Below are positions 18,534 to 26,608 of a stretch of 32,000 nucleotides of DNA, one piece after another. A model generated the notes under the pieces. The model was not told where the DNA came from and searched no databases. It saw only the letters and a list, made by a program, of their open reading frames with translations. Made by a program: the position numbers and the translations under genes. Position 1 is the stretch's first letter. Every line of letters starts with the position of its first letter. The stretch is from assembly GCF_003945235.1 (NCBI RefSeq), contig NZ_RSDW01000001.1, positions 3,600,001 to 3,632,000 of the forward strand, given 5' to 3'. Source of the DNA: Edaphobacter aggregans (lineage in GTDB: Bacteria > Acidobacteriota > Terriglobia > Terriglobales > Acidobacteriaceae).

Positions 18534-18547
18534 GCAGATGCCTAGGA

Positions 18548-18823
18548 TCACATGATTCGGAACCGTTCCCGCATCAGCCGTTGGAATCGTGGCTTCCAGA
18601 TCAGGTCGTAGGCCAGCTCTTTTCCGGGAAACATGGCTAGCGCCGCCTTCCTGCTGTCGGCGATCATCTGGGACGCATCATCGACCGTCAGCGAGGCATC
18701 CTGCGCGATGACCTGCATCACCATGTTCATCATCAGCTGCAGCCGGCGAATCAGCTTTTGCTCCTCCGCCCGCTCTTCGACACTGACCTCAGCTCCAGCA
18801 GCACCCGATTGATCCAGCTCCAT
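18548..18823 (-). CDS. hypothetical protein (91 aa, predicted helical, no recognisable domain)
   Basis: A strong GAGGAGG SD lies 7 nt upstream of ATG 18823, and the gene sits directly downstream of comEC on the same strand. No motif was recognised. Confidence 0.6.
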   Translation of the reverse strand: MELDQSGAAGAEVSVEERAEEQKLIRRLQLMMNMVMQVIAQDASLTVDDASQMIADSRKAALAMFPGKELAYDLIWKPRFQRLMRERFRIM

Positions 18824-18929
18824 CAGATAACCTCCTCAGCTATGCCATGCACGATCATCATGCTCTTCTGTAAGATGCACCCGCAAGAAGCTAGGAACCA
18901 AGGGAGAGTCATCCAGTGCGTTCCATTGC

Positions 18930-21668
18930 TTAGTTGTCGCCCGCGATAGCCTGAATCCCACCGTTACGGTCCAGCAGAAAGGTCGTCAGCCCAAACTCAT
19001 CGGTCCGGTATAGCCTTGTCCCGTTATCGGCGACCCGTTGAATCACCTCAAATCTGGGATGGCCGAACGTATTACCTCTTCCCACCGAGACAACCGCATC
19101 CTTTGGCGCCACCGCCGCGAAGAACTCCGGCGTCGTCGACGTTCTGCTCCCATGATGACCAACCTTCAGCAGCGTGACCGGAGCAAGCCGTCCACTGGCA
19201 ACCATCGCCCTTTCGCTGGAAGCCTCAGCATCTCCCTCGAGAAGCACGGAAGCCTTACCGTACTCGACGCGCATCACTAGTGAGTCGTTGTTCACTGGGG
19301 CTCCGCCGTTCACATAGCTCGCTTCGGGAGCCAGCACACTCACCTGCGTTCCACTCCACGCCAGATAGTCACCCGCGTGAAGATGGCGAACACGCACACC
19401 AATATCCTCAGCCTCTGACAGGAGAGCGCGATACGCCACTGAGTCCGGATCGACTCCGACCCAGAGTTCCCGGGGACGAAAGCTCCGCATTACCGCAGCC
19501 ATCCCCCCCATATGGTCACTATGCGCATGGCTCAATACGATCACATCGAGTCGTCGAATCTGCCGCGACCAGAGATAGGGCGAAACAACCTCTTCTCCAA
19601 CATCGAAGGTGCTGGTTGCCGCTGCCGTCTCGGTTACTGCTCCGACTGGGCCACCCGCATCGACTAGCATCATTCGTCCCTCCGGGCTAACGACGAGGAG
19701 TGAGTCACCCTGGCCAACGTCGATCGCCGTCACTTCCATCTTCTCCGGCGATGTTAGGGCCCGTTCTGGCCACAGCACCATCGCTGCAATCAGCGGCACG
19801 GTAATGACCGCTGCCCAAGTCCATCTGCGAGAACGCCGTACACCCCAACAACAGAAGCCCCATCCGATTAACGCCAAAATCGCCACGTGCCATGTTGGGC
19901 CGGGAGTTCGTAGGTCAGCCGACTGTATGTGACTCACGCGCGCGATCACCCAAGTGATTCCGTGGAGTAGCGCTGCGGTTACGGACGCTGGGATGAGTGC
20001 GATCCGTCGGCTTACGAGAGAGGCGCAGAAGGTGATTATAGCCAGGGGTGCCAACATCGTCACGACTGGCATTGTGACCATGTTGGCGGGTAAAGCGAAG
20101 ACTGTAGCGCGATGGAAGTAGAGTGCCATGGGGAGGACCATGATCATCTCCGCGACGAGTCCTATCAATGCGAGTTCAACCGCCCAGAGTGTGCATCGGA
20201 TCGATATTGCAGGAAGGTGGTGAGCCCAAGTTCCTAATATTTTTGCGAGAGCATTGCCCCAGAGCTGGAGCATCATGCGGAACTGCGCAACGGGTGGTGT
20301 GAAGCCCATATCTCGCCAGCGTTCATCGAGGTTCGATGCTGCACGAGCGTATGGTGCGAAGGTGCGCTCTCCCAGAGGCGCCGCGATGCCGCCGATTGCA
20401 ACGATCGCTAGAAACGTCATTTGGAAACTGGCTTCGAAGAGGCTCCTTGGCGACAGGATGAGGACGCCAAGCGCTGCCGCTCCTAGTGCGTTCAGGATGC
20501 TTTGGTCGCGTGAGATTAGCCGCGCGATGAGGAAGATGGTTGTCATGAACAAGGCTCGCTGTACGGGAGCACCGAATCCCGTCAGCAGGGCATAGCAAGC
20601 TGTTGCTGTCAGGGTCAGGAGTGTTGCTAGCCACTCTCGAAGTCGCATGCAGCGTGTGATCCAGAAGATGACTCCTGCGAGCAGCGCAACGTGCATTCCG
20701 GAGACGACAAAGAGGTGGAACGATCCAGTTCGCTCAAAGTCCAGTCGCAGATCGTGATTTAATCCGGCTCGGTCGCCGAACAGCATTGCGTTCAACATGC
20801 CTGCCTCGTCTGGCGTGATCCGCAGCGCTGGGGGGAGCCGATGGGTTGTACTCGATTGGGCAAACTTCAGCATGCGGTCGGAGGCCCAACTTTGCGCTGC
20901 GTAGAGACGACATTGCAGGCTTGCCTGAGGAGTTGCAGCCACGTGCAGCTTCGCCGCGCGAACTGTTGCGTGCGTTCCTATGCCTTGTGCGAGCAGGTAG
21001 TCTGCGTACTGCCAGGCTCCGGGATCGCGGTAGCGTTCCGGGATCTTGAGGCGCATCGGCGCTTCGACAATATCTCCGCAGTGCAGTTCGGGAAGAGCGT
21101 TTCCGTGGGTTAGAACGGTGGCTCGCACGCCGCCTGCTGTGGTGATCATTCGGGAAATATCCGGTGTTACTTCTTCTATGGCTTCAATTTGCAGATCGAC
21201 TGATAAGGCTTCTGCGGCTTCTGGCTCTTTCTCGATCCACCAAGCTGGGTCGTTGTCCTGGTCGGCTGCGTTTTGCCGCAGTGGAAGTGTGCGGACTCGG
21301 ACCACGCGGCCGCGTACTGTTCTGCTCAGGCCGTCTGCATACGGCAGCAAAGCTTGTTGCGACTGCGGCGGTGGCTGCGTCTCGGCGCACCAGAAGCCGA
21401 GTGTTATCCAGACGGCGGCTAGCGGTACGAGTGTTAGTCGTAACGAGTGCTTCAGTGCGGCTATTGCGAGCAGCAGGAGAACGAGCGTTGCGGTGAGCAG
21501 GATGATCCGTGGTTGCCAGTTTCTGGATAGCACTATGCCCAGCGCGAACCAAGATGCGGCGGCAAGCAGAGTGGCGCGGCGGAAGTGGAGTGCTTCTATT
21601 GCGGCTGCGGCCTTGGGCCACAGTGCAGGATTTGGTTTGCCTGTTTTCACTGACTTCGAGGAGCCCAC
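18930..21668 (-). CDS. comEC: DNA internalization-related competence protein ComEC/Rec2
   Basis: 912-aa ORF with an N-terminal TM plus OB-like region, a polytopic competence domain (GSFHLFVVSGMHVALLAGV...) and a C-terminal metallo-beta-lactamase domain (VTAIDVGQGDS, VIVLSHAHSDHMGG, KVGHHGS). GTG start at 21668. Confidence 0.9.
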   Translation of the reverse strand: MGSSKSVKTGKPNPALWPKAAAAIEALHFRRATLLAAASWFALGIVLSRNWQPRIILLTATLVLLLLAIAALKHSLRLTLVPLAAVWITLGFWCAETQPPPQSQQALLPYADGLSRTVRGRVVRVRTLPLRQNAADQDNDPAWWIEKEPEAAEALSVDLQIEAIEEVTPDISRMITTAGGVRATVLTHGNALPELHCGDIVEAPMRLKIPERYRDPGAWQYADYLLAQGIGTHATVRAAKLHVAATPQASLQCRLYAAQSWASDRMLKFAQSSTTHRLPPALRITPDEAGMLNAMLFGDRAGLNHDLRLDFERTGSFHLFVVSGMHVALLAGVIFWITRCMRLREWLATLLTLTATACYALLTGFGAPVQRALFMTTIFLIARLISRDQSILNALGAAALGVLILSPRSLFEASFQMTFLAIVAIGGIAAPLGERTFAPYARAASNLDERWRDMGFTPPVAQFRMMLQLWGNALAKILGTWAHHLPAISIRCTLWAVELALIGLVAEMIMVLPMALYFHRATVFALPANMVTMPVVTMLAPLAIITFCASLVSRRIALIPASVTAALLHGITWVIARVSHIQSADLRTPGPTWHVAILALIGWGFCCWGVRRSRRWTWAAVITVPLIAAMVLWPERALTSPEKMEVTAIDVGQGDSLLVVSPEGRMMLVDAGGPVGAVTETAAATSTFDVGEEVVSPYLWSRQIRRLDVIVLSHAHSDHMGGMAAVMRSFRPRELWVGVDPDSVAYRALLSEAEDIGVRVRHLHAGDYLAWSGTQVSVLAPEASYVNGGAPVNNDSLVMRVEYGKASVLLEGDAEASSERAMVASGRLAPVTLLKVGHHGSRTSTTPEFFAAVAPKDAVVSVGRGNTFGHPRFEVIQRVADNGTRLYRTDEFGLTTFLLDRNGGIQAIAGDN

Positions 21669-21710
21669 GAGTTGCGTTTACCACCCATCTCGCCGACAAA
21701 ATTCACTACT

Positions 21711-23021
21711 CTATTGCTGCAAGATCGCAACTGTCTCCAGATGGAAGGTCTGGGGGAAGAGGTCGATCATGTGCAGCTCTGCCAGCCTGTAGCCGGAGTC
21801 TACCATTGCCTTCAGGTCGCGTCCCAGTGTTACCGGGTCGCAGGAGACGTGGACGATATGTTTTGTCTTCAGGCGTGCAAGCAGGGAGCAGACTTCTAAG
21901 CCGACTCCTGCGCGTGGTGGGTCCAGGACGATAAGGTCGGGGCGTTCTCGCTGGACTACAGCTGCGCGGAGGAAGTCGAGGGTTGTGGCGGCGATGGCTC
22001 GTCTTCCTTCGCCCTTGAAGGTTCGTGTGAGGTCGTCGGCTGCGGCTTCTACGGCTACGACTTGTTTGAAGGTCTTGGTGAGCGCTCGGGAGAAGAGACC
22101 TACTCCGGCGAAGAGGTCCCAGGCGAGAGTTCCGCTGCGGTTGCTCGTGACGAGGTTTACGAGTTCATCGATCAGGAAACGATTGACCTGGAAGAAGCCC
22201 CCGCGGCTGACCCAGTAGCTCTCGTTTGCTGCTGTGTAGTTCAGGCCTTCGGTTCCCCACGAAGTTCCTTGTTTGATCTTCTGTACCTTGCGGCCTCTTC
22301 CTGCTTCGGTGGAGAGTATTGCTGTGCCTGCTCCGACGAGTTGTGGAATGAGTTGCTGGAGTTTGGTGCAGAGGTCGATGAAGCCTTTTGCGGGTTCCTC
22401 GCTGACGAAGAGGGTAATCTGGAGCTTGGTTTGGTCGGCTTTGGTGAAGAGTTCGATTTCGGTTGCGGCCTGCATCCAGCGCGAGGCGTTGGGATCTTGC
22501 TGGGCGAGTTGCAGAAGTGCTTCTGCGGCTTTGAAAAGAAGAGGCGCGGAGATTGGGCACATCTGTATGGGGAGAAATTCAGCGGAGGCGCGGCGAAGGT
22601 ATCCGACGCGAAGGTTGCCTTCGAACTTGGCGGCTCGGAGGCGAATTCGGTTTCGGTAGTGCCACGGTTTGTTTGTGTGTGTCTGAATTTGTAGTGGATC
22701 GGTCAGGCCTGCGCGTTCGAGGGTTTCGCGCAGGATTTCGTGCTTCATTTCAATTTGTGCTGCGTAGTCTGCGTGTTGATAGTGGCACCCGCCGCATTCG
22801 CCGAAGTGGGTGCAGCGTTGTTCGATGCGGTTGGCGGATGGTTCGATGATGTTGAGTAGCTTTGCTTCTCCGAAGCTGGATTTCTCTTCGCTTCGTTGTG
22901 CTTCGACCAGTTCGCCTGGGAGCGTGAAGGGGACGAAGATCGCTTTGCCCGCGTCTTTGCCTTCGGTTTGGTGAGCGAGGCCGGAGCCGCCGTAGATGGC
23001 TTTTTCGATTCGCAGCTTCAT
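21711..23021 (-). CDS. rlmD: 23S rRNA (uracil-5-)-methyltransferase, RlmD/RumA family
   Basis: An N-terminal TRAM-like domain precedes the Fe-S cysteine cluster CTHFGECGGCHYQH and a SAM-MTase fold (LFAGVGLFS). The catalytic C-terminal motif VSCDPVTLGRD is present. The start overlaps the upstream gene stop (ATGA). Confidence 0.85.
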   Translation of the reverse strand: MKLRIEKAIYGGSGLAHQTEGKDAGKAIFVPFTLPGELVEAQRSEEKSSFGEAKLLNIIEPSANRIEQRCTHFGECGGCHYQHADYAAQIEMKHEILRETLERAGLTDPLQIQTHTNKPWHYRNRIRLRAAKFEGNLRVGYLRRASAEFLPIQMCPISAPLLFKAAEALLQLAQQDPNASRWMQAATEIELFTKADQTKLQITLFVSEEPAKGFIDLCTKLQQLIPQLVGAGTAILSTEAGRGRKVQKIKQGTSWGTEGLNYTAANESYWVSRGGFFQVNRFLIDELVNLVTSNRSGTLAWDLFAGVGLFSRALTKTFKQVVAVEAAADDLTRTFKGEGRRAIAATTLDFLRAAVVQRERPDLIVLDPPRAGVGLEVCSLLARLKTKHIVHVSCDPVTLGRDLKAMVDSGYRLAELHMIDLFPQTFHLETVAILQQ

Positions 23022-23725
23022 TCGTGGCTCATATAGAAGAGGCTTAGGCGCGGTAGCTTGTTGCCTTCGAGGAGGCGCTTTTGCAGGAACTGTTGCTGGA
23101 CTTGTTTGATTTGGACTGCCTGCATCTTGCCGCGATAGGGAGCTAGTTCGCGGGTTGCCTGCTCGCGCAGGGCTACGAGCTGGTCTTCAGGTGTCGCGGT
23201 GAGGAGTGCGGCGAAGAGCTTTTCTTCGAGGACGCTCAGGGTTCGGTCGAGTTCTTCGAGTGAGTGTGCTGGATGGCTTCGTAGTTCGGTTGCGAGGACT
23301 TTCAAGCGTGCTGTGACTTCGACTGCGGTTGTGTTGGCTGGTGATAACAGGTTCGCGCCTGCGATAGAAGCCGCGTTTGTCTCGAGGAAGCGGGCTACGC
23401 GGTCTGACTCGAAGCCGCTGTCTATTGTTTCGGAGGGTCTGGCACCGATGGCTGCTTCGTTGGCTTGTTCTACGGCTTCCATGACGCTTTGAGCGCACCA
23501 GGCCAGGCCGTTGACCTTGCGGGTTCTGCCGGGCGGTCGCAATGACTTGGCGTCATGCTTGTCGAAGGCGCTGTCGATGCCTCGCAGGACGGCTTCGAGG
23601 GGAATTCCTGCTTCTTTCCAGGTTTCGATGAGCGCCCAATCGAGGGTGGAGAGCATGAGGAGGGAGCCTCGGCGTTGTTGGAAGCGTTCTTCGATCTCGG
23701 TGAAATAGTTGAAGTAGTTCTGCAT
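23018..23725 (-). CDS. conserved hypothetical protein; the N-terminal region loosely resembles a DnaD-type helical domain
   Basis: 235-aa ORF translationally coupled to rlmD (ATGA overlap at 23018-23021). The N-terminus YFTEIEERFQQRRGSLLMLSTLDWALIETWKEAGIPLEAVLRGI resembles DnaD-domain spacing, but this is an impression only. The C-terminal half looks coiled-coil-like. Confidence 0.55.
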   Translation of the reverse strand: MQNYFNYFTEIEERFQQRRGSLLMLSTLDWALIETWKEAGIPLEAVLRGIDSAFDKHDAKSLRPPGRTRKVNGLAWCAQSVMEAVEQANEAAIGARPSETIDSGFESDRVARFLETNAASIAGANLLSPANTTAVEVTARLKVLATELRSHPAHSLEELDRTLSVLEEKLFAALLTATPEDQLVALREQATRELAPYRGKMQAVQIKQVQQQFLQKRLLEGNKLPRLSLFYMSHE

Positions 23726-23860
23726 CGGGCCTTCTACAGCTTAGCTGGGTTCATGGGTCCCCTCGGGGGGATCAATTTACAAGTCGCTTATTTTCAAGCA
23801 GATGGAAAACGGCTTCGGCTAAAATCGTCTAAACAAAAGTGTTGCGGCTAAATCTTCATT

Positions 23861-23896
23861 CTAAAAGGGAAAGCCTCGGCACTGACCGAGGCTTTC
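23861..23896 (-). terminator. intrinsic terminator downstream of the GH18/acyltransferase operon
   Basis: An 11-bp perfect stem GAAAGCCTCGG / CCGAGGCTTTC (23869-23879 / 23886-23896) has a 6-nt loop. TTTT runs lie on both sides. It sits ~125 nt past the stop at 24020. Confidence 0.6.
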
Positions 23897-24019
23897 TTTT
23901 CCGATCTCTTGATTCAAGTATAGCGGGTTGAGCGGAATTATTCGGCAACGCAAATCGCCTTGATTGGCGCGGAGATTTGCGATTTGGGAGCTGACAGGTT
24001 TTCGCGCTGGTGGTCCCGC

Positions 24020-25252
24020 TTAAAGTTGCAGCCGAACCTTCAATCTCGTAAAAACCGCAGCTATCGCGAGAATGAATGCAGTGAAGAGTGCCGATCGTAT
24101 CGCTCCGGGCCACCCATAGTTGAGATGCGTTTCGAAGTACGTGATGCCTGCCAAGGCGAGGATGAAGTAGTAAAAGTCTGGCAGCAGGTAGGTCAGCAAG
24201 GTGTTCGAGCCGGCGGGACGAGCGAAGAAGGCCCATGCGGTTTGCTTCTTCACGTCGCAGATCCAGTAGAGTGCGGTGAATATTAAGACTGCGGCTCCGA
24301 TGCTGTAGAGACACCATGTAGAGGTTGCTCTGATTTTGGAGATGCCTAGCGGGGTGAGGAGCCATCCGGCTAGCAGGGTTGAGAAGGCGAATGCGAAGCC
24401 GAGAAGGGTTTTTGGGCGAAGTGTCTGCCAACGGTGATTGCCGAGAAAGATGACGGAAGTGACGACGCCTGCCATGGTGATGCAGGGCATGGCTCCGTTG
24501 CTGAATGGCCAGAAGTAGAGTGGGAGATGATGAGTGAAAGTGATCCACTTTGCTGTGCAGAGGCTGTTGAACGTCAACAGTGTGATAAACCATGCAAGCG
24601 GAAACCAGAGCCAACGACGTGTCGGAATATAGAGGATTGCTACTGCAAGATAGGTGTAGCCGATGAGGCCGAGGATCTCCGGGTAGGAGCCGTCGATCCA
24701 AGCGACGTGTCCGTCGTGTGTGGTACGGCGAAAGATGGCGAACATTGCAATGGTCAGGACAAAGCCGACGATGCGTAGCCAGCGATGCAGCGTTGCGTGG
24801 CGTTCTCCGTTATAGACGCTGAGGAATAGTGCTGCGCCTGTGAGAGCCAGAATCGCCCAGGCGTTGGGGTTGATGTGCATGAGGGCGCGATCGCCGCTTT
24901 CGGCGTTGGCTAAGATGAGCCCGAGAACGATGAGGCTGGCGGCTCGAAAAAGAACATGGAAGCAAAGGGATGGCAGGGATGGGTTCTTCTTTAATCGTTG
25001 GCGGATGGCGAGGGGAATCGACAGGCCGACGATGAAGAGGAAGAAGGGGTAGACCATGTCGACATAGGTCATGGCGTCGACGTTGGCCTTCATGTGGTAG
25101 TTCCACCAGGGCAGGCCGCGGACGCTCGCCAGATCGTTGACGAAGATCATCACTACCATCGTGAGACCACGGAAGATATCGATGGAGGCCAGGCGTGAGG
25201 TGGCGGATTTCTCTGTGAGGGTGACTGATGAAGTTTGCGTGGCCGGGGTCAT
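24020..25252 (-). CDS. polytopic membrane acyltransferase-like protein, HGSNAT/DUF5009 (COG4299-like) family
   Basis: 410-aa ORF with ~11 hydrophobic helices. The family-typical N-terminus is RLASIDIFRGLTMVVMIFVNDL...WWNY..H...DAMTYVDMVYPFFLFIVG. The start overlaps the GH18 stop (ATGA at 25249-25252). Confidence 0.7.
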   Translation of the reverse strand: MTPATQTSSVTLTEKSATSRLASIDIFRGLTMVVMIFVNDLASVRGLPWWNYHMKANVDAMTYVDMVYPFFLFIVGLSIPLAIRQRLKKNPSLPSLCFHVLFRAASLIVLGLILANAESGDRALMHINPNAWAILALTGAALFLSVYNGERHATLHRWLRIVGFVLTIAMFAIFRRTTHDGHVAWIDGSYPEILGLIGYTYLAVAILYIPTRRWLWFPLAWFITLLTFNSLCTAKWITFTHHLPLYFWPFSNGAMPCITMAGVVTSVIFLGNHRWQTLRPKTLLGFAFAFSTLLAGWLLTPLGISKIRATSTWCLYSIGAAVLIFTALYWICDVKKQTAWAFFARPAGSNTLLTYLLPDFYYFILALAGITYFETHLNYGWPGAIRSALFTAFILAIAAVFTRLKVRLQL

Positions 25253-26418
25253 TTCGTCCCATTATGCACGTATGGCGTTTTCTTCAGGCCCGTATCGATG
25301 GCGTCGAGCAGCGCGCCTGTGGGATCGCCGGAGTAATCCCAGAACATCATGCCGCCGAGTTTGTGGTCGACCACATACTTGCTCTTCAGGGCAAGGGATT
25401 CGGGATCTTCATACGAGACGAAGATTTTCTTTTCAGGGTTGTAGAGATAGGGGACCGAAGCGACGGGGTCCCAGTAACGTGTGTAGCCGTTGTTCAGCAT
25501 GGTGGTGGTGATGTTGCCATACCTCGCGAAGGCATTGGGAACCGGCTTGCCTGCCTGAAATAGGCCGTGATCTGTATCGGATACCTGGCCCCATACATGT
25601 CCATAGAAGGGGACGCCGAGAACGATCTTCGCTGTAGGGACGCCAGCTTGTTCGAACTCCTGAACGGACCTGTTACCCGAGATTTTTTTGGGGTCGGCGG
25701 GATTCGTGAAGAGAGGAGCATGGTGTGCGGCGATTGCGTCGGAGGAGGGCTCGTAGTAGTCATAGGCCATCAGGTTGACCGTATCGACGTATTTTTGTGC
25801 CTTACCCATTTCGGTATGCGCCAAAAAATCAGATGAGGCGCCAGTTGCGATCGTGAGGTAGAGTTGGCGGTGAAGCTTCTTTTCCTGCTGGTTGAAGCGA
25901 TGTCGAAGCTCTTTGAGGAGTAGCGTGTAGTTCTGCTTGTCCTCGGGGCGGAAATGATTGCCAGCGCCTACCATGCCTGGGTACTCCCAGTCGATGTCGA
26001 GTCCGTCGAGATGATTGTGATCGACGAACTCCACGACGCTTTCGATGAATAGATTGCGGCTCTTTTTGGTGAAGGCCATGTCGGAGAAGTTGCCCGACCA
26101 AGCCCATCCTCCGACGGAGACGAGTACAGTGAGGGAAGGATTTTCCTGCTTTAGTGCAACGAGCGCTGCTAGGTTTTTGTCGTCGTTGGTGAAGCCGTTG
26201 ATGATGCGGCCACCTTGCAGGTTGGCGAAGGCGTAGTTGATGCGGGTCAGCTTCTGTGCGGCGATCTGACCGGGCTGGATTAGATCGTTTCGCTGAAACA
26301 CATAGGCGACTATAACGGGCTTTGGAGTTTGAGCGGGTGCTGCGGCGAGTAAAACGGGACTGCAGGATAGGCCACAGATGAGCAGCAGCCTCTGTATACT
26401 CAGTCGATTTCTATGCAA
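25249..26418 (-). CDS. secreted glycoside hydrolase family 18 (chitinase-like)
   Basis: A signal peptide (LLLICGLSCSPVLLAAAPAQ) is present, with the catalytic DxxDxDxE motif LDGLDIDWEYPG. Further GH18 blocks are INYAFA, SVGGW, NLMAYDY and GGMMFWDYSGD. Confidence 0.9.
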   Translation of the reverse strand: MHRNRLSIQRLLLICGLSCSPVLLAAAPAQTPKPVIVAYVFQRNDLIQPGQIAAQKLTRINYAFANLQGGRIINGFTNDDKNLAALVALKQENPSLTVLVSVGGWAWSGNFSDMAFTKKSRNLFIESVVEFVDHNHLDGLDIDWEYPGMVGAGNHFRPEDKQNYTLLLKELRHRFNQQEKKLHRQLYLTIATGASSDFLAHTEMGKAQKYVDTVNLMAYDYYEPSSDAIAAHHAPLFTNPADPKKISGNRSVQEFEQAGVPTAKIVLGVPFYGHVWGQVSDTDHGLFQAGKPVPNAFARYGNITTTMLNNGYTRYWDPVASVPYLYNPEKKIFVSYEDPESLALKSKYVVDHKLGGMMFWDYSGDPTGALLDAIDTGLKKTPYVHNGTK

Positions 26419-26608
26419 AGCGCGTGAACTCCTTTTTGAGGAACATATCTTCTGTTTTCATTAGACGTCAGTTCTTCGTAATCTGTTTGGAAGACATGGC
26501 CAGTGTAGATTCATACTGTAGGATGTCGCGAGTGGCGGCAGGCATCGAGTTTGTCGGTTAGGCCGCAACGGTTGTTCTAAAGAGGGTAAAAAGATCAAAC
26601 GCATCTGG

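Noticed and set aside
18537-18554. Five-codon ORF (ATG CCT AGG ATC ACA TGA) just after the GGGGAGGGGGG run of repeat C3
   Set aside because: The G-run could mimic an SD, but no equivalent mini-ORF follows the other three copies. It also overlaps the 3' end of the 91-aa gene on the opposite strand, so it is probably coincidental.
19850-20000. Search for a dif (XerC/D) site or fork-trap motif at the composition switch
   Set aside because: By eye, no ATAA-N6-TTATG-type 28-mer was found here or in the 18.0-18.9 kb intergenic region. The nearest TTATGT (10245-10250) lacks a matching XerC arm. A terminus or dif call therefore cannot be supported from this window.
21046-21792. 248-aa plus-strand ORF antisense to comEC, and other antisense ORFs in 19038-21934
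   Set aside because: These are shadow ORFs opposite a 912-aa gene with clear domain architecture. They are Ser/Arg/Ala-rich low complexity.
23856-24701. 281-aa minus-strand ORF overlapping the HGSNAT-like gene
   Set aside because: It is on the same strand but in a different frame from a gene with strong family motifs. It is Arg/His/Ser-rich low complexity and extends through the terminator hairpin.
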